Origin: a virus
Taxonomy: Duplodnaviria > Caudoviricetes
Strand: one strand, 5' to 3'
Virus record (IMG/VR): IMGVR_UViG_3300005332_000012
Span: 1 to 24,132 of that record
DNA: 24,132 nt
Positions within the stretch are counted from its first letter, which is position 1. Each line of letters opens with the position of its first letter. The position numbers were made by a program, and so were the translations under genes. The notes below the pieces were generated by a model that saw nothing but the letters and a program-made list of their open reading frames with translations, was not told the DNA's origin and did no database searches. Shown here piece after piece: positions 22,614 to 24,132 of the stretch.

Positions 22614-24132
22614 CGAGCTGGACCCGGTCCGCCAGGACTTCGAGGCGAACGTCGAGGAGTACGTCGCCGAGGTCGAGCGCGCGGCTGAGGAGGGCCGCAA
22701 GTTCGCCCGCTCGGCCGAGGAGGTCAAGGTCGCGACCGGCGGCATGCGCGACAAGATGGCCGAGGCCGCGGCGGCGATCGGGATCACCCGCGACGAGATG
22801 GGCAAGCTCCGCGACAAGGCCGGGGAGGTCATCCTCGCCACCGACGCGGAGGCGCGGGCGCTGAAGCACTTGCGCGACCAGGCGCTCGAGGCCGCGTGGG
22901 CGGAGCGGGAGCTGGGCAAGTACCAGAAGGAGAGCCTGCTCTCGCGGCTGGGCGGCGGCATCGGCGGCCTCCCTGGCGCCGCCTTTAACGCCATCCCGGG
23001 CGGCAGCGTGCCGATGTTCCTCAACCCGGCGGTGATCGCCGGGGCCGCCGCCGGCCTCATGGCCGTCGTGTCCGAGGTCGGCGCGCTCGCCACCGGCTTC
23101 ACCGCCGCCGGCCTCGGGGTCGGCTCGTTCTACATCCTGGCTCATCCCGCGCTCAGCAACCTGCAGCAGGACGTGCAGAAGCTGTCCAGCGCCAACGCCG
23201 CCCTCGGGATCGCCCAGCAGAAGTATTTGATCGACCCGAGCAAAGCGAACCTGAAGGCGCTGCAGAACGCCCAGGTCACCTACCATGCGACGTTCAACCA
23301 GATGGGCCAGGACGCCGGGCCCGCCGCCGACGCGGTGATGCGCCTGCACGACGCCTACGTCCAGGTGTCCAACGCGTTCGCCCCGGTGACGTACAAGGTC
23401 ATCGGCCAGCTGGCGGGCATCGCCACCCAGATGCTGCCGTGGATACAAACGTTCGCGAACGCCGCCGCCCCCGCCATCGAGCAGGCCCTGTCCGGGATCA
23501 GCAAGTTCGTCGAGTCGCCCAACTTCCAGTACTTCATGACGTACCTGTCCCAGCTGTCCGGCCCGGTCATCCACGCGATCGGCTCCGGGATGGAGGGCCT
23601 GACGATCCGGGTCATGAGCCTGCTGGAGACGTTCTCGAAAAAGGACGTGATCAACGCGTTCAACATCGCCTTCAGGCTGCTGGGCTTCACCGTGGAGCTT
23701 GTGCAGGGCCTGATCCTCGAGGGGATGGACGCGTGGGACCTGCTGACCGCGGGCCTGCACAACACCGCCGCGTGGTTCGACCGGGTGCGCCACGCCGCCG
23801 CCGACTTCGCCCACAACGTCGCGGCGCATTTCGACGAGATCAGGCACGACATCGCGACGTGGGACCACGACACCGCCAACGCGTTCGACCACGTCAGGCA
23901 CACGATGGCGGACCTGGCGCACAACATCGCGGCCCATTTTGACGAGATCAGGCATGACCTGGCCCACTGGGTAGACGACGTGCGCCATGACGCGGACCTC
24001 GTCATCGGCTTCTTCCGCGACCTGCCGGGCAAGATCGTGCACGCGCTCGGGAACCTCAAGAACCTGCTGTTCAACGCGGGCATGGACATCATCAACGGGC
24101 TGATCAACGGCGTCAAGTCGATGATCGGGTCC
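22606..24132 (+). CDS. Tape measure protein, 3'-truncated (absent from the ORF track because there is no stop in the window)
   Basis: GGGAGG SD and GTG 22606; the frame MADELDPVRQDFEANVEEY... stays open to the window end; helical Ala/Gly-rich sequence, hydrophobic segment, periodic aromatic repeats and GMDIINGLINGV. Confidence 0.9.
   Translation, partial: MADELDPVRQDFEANVEEYVAEVERAAEEGRKFARSAEEVKVATGGMRDKMAEAAAAIGITRDEMGKLRDKAGEVILATDAEARALKHLRDQALEAAWAERELGKYQKESLLSRLGGGIGGLPGAAFNAIPGGSVPMFLNPAVIAGAAAGLMAVVSEVGALATGFTAAGLGVGSFYILAHPALSNLQQDVQKLSSANAALGIAQQKYLIDPSKANLKALQNAQVTYHATFNQMGQDAGPAADAVMRLHDAYVQVSNAFAPVTYKVIGQLAGIATQMLPWIQTFANAAAPAIEQALSGISKFVESPNFQYFMTYLSQLSGPVIHAIGSGMEGLTIRVMSLLETFSKKDVINAFNIAFRLLGFTVELVQGLILEGMDAWDLLTAGLHNTAAWFDRVRHAAADFAHNVAAHFDEIRHDIATWDHDTANAFDHVRHTMADLAHNIAAHFDEIRHDLAHWVDDVRHDADLVIGFFRDLPGKIVHALGNLKNLLFNAGMDIINGLINGVKSMIGS
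23758..23991 (+). repeat. 54-bp (18-aa) tandem coding repeats in the tape measure gene
   Basis: HNTAAWFDRVRHAAADFA / HNVAAHFDEIRHDIATWD / HDTANAFDHVRHTMADLA / HNIAAHFDEIRHDLAHWV; units 2 and 4 are near-identical at DNA level, 108 bp apart. Confidence 0.85.

Larger units (their letters stand above)
1..24132 (+). mobile_element. Tailed (siphovirus-like) phage or prophage segment, high GC, probable actinobacterial host
   Basis: Co-oriented, tightly packed recombination/replication genes are followed by terminase-portal-protease-capsid-tail tube-chaperone-tape measure. No tail sheath is seen. No integrase or att site is in the window, so the prophage state is undetermined. Confidence 0.97.

Noticed and set aside
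23637-23643. G AAA AAG in the tape measure gene as another frameshift site
   Set aside because: Not a full X XXY YYZ heptamer, and the zero frame continues with normal tape measure sequence.
23758-23991. Tape measure repeats as a CRISPR array or DGR template/variable repeat pair
   Set aside because: In-frame coding repeats with largely synonymous differences, no spacers, no adenine-specific mismatches and no reverse transcriptase in the window.
206-24116. Long minus-strand ORFs (e.g. 206..1222, 9229..10755, 10925..12613, 12016..13461, 15441..17216, 22588..24042)
   Set aside because: Antisense shadows of high-GC3 plus-strand genes; no motifs, and they fully overlap recognisable phage genes.

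Overview
The whole window is part of a high-GC tailed phage or prophage, probably of an actinobacterial host (inferred from GC content and gene families). All supportable genes are on the + strand and most are coupled by ATGA/GTGA/TGATG overlaps. The early module (1-8842) holds an XRE-HTH regulator, a PD-(D/E)XK exonuclease with a RecT-like annealase, a C5 DNA methyltransferase, an endonuclease, a replication initiator with an internal origin-like element, and many small Cys/His-rich ORFs. The late module (8868 to the end) holds TerS, TerL, portal, MuF/gp7-like head protein, XkdF-like protease, scaffold, major capsid, adaptor, tail terminator, tail tube, frameshifted tail chaperones, an HK97 gp10-like protein and the 5' part of the tape measure gene. 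The top observation is a canonical -1 frameshift cassette (G GGA AAA, 6-nt spacer, GC hairpin) at the 3' end of the portal gene. It would fuse portal in frame to the MuF-like protein and is separate from the usual tail-chaperone frameshift. Other points are an apparently split prohead protease, a nested scaffold start, an AT-recoded patch inside portal, a CCHC zinc knuckle after the initiator, a domain shared by adaptor and tail tube, and His-rich tape measure repeats. No integrase, lysis genes, tRNA or CRISPR array were seen. All family assignments come from motif recognition and synteny by eye; no database searches were run.
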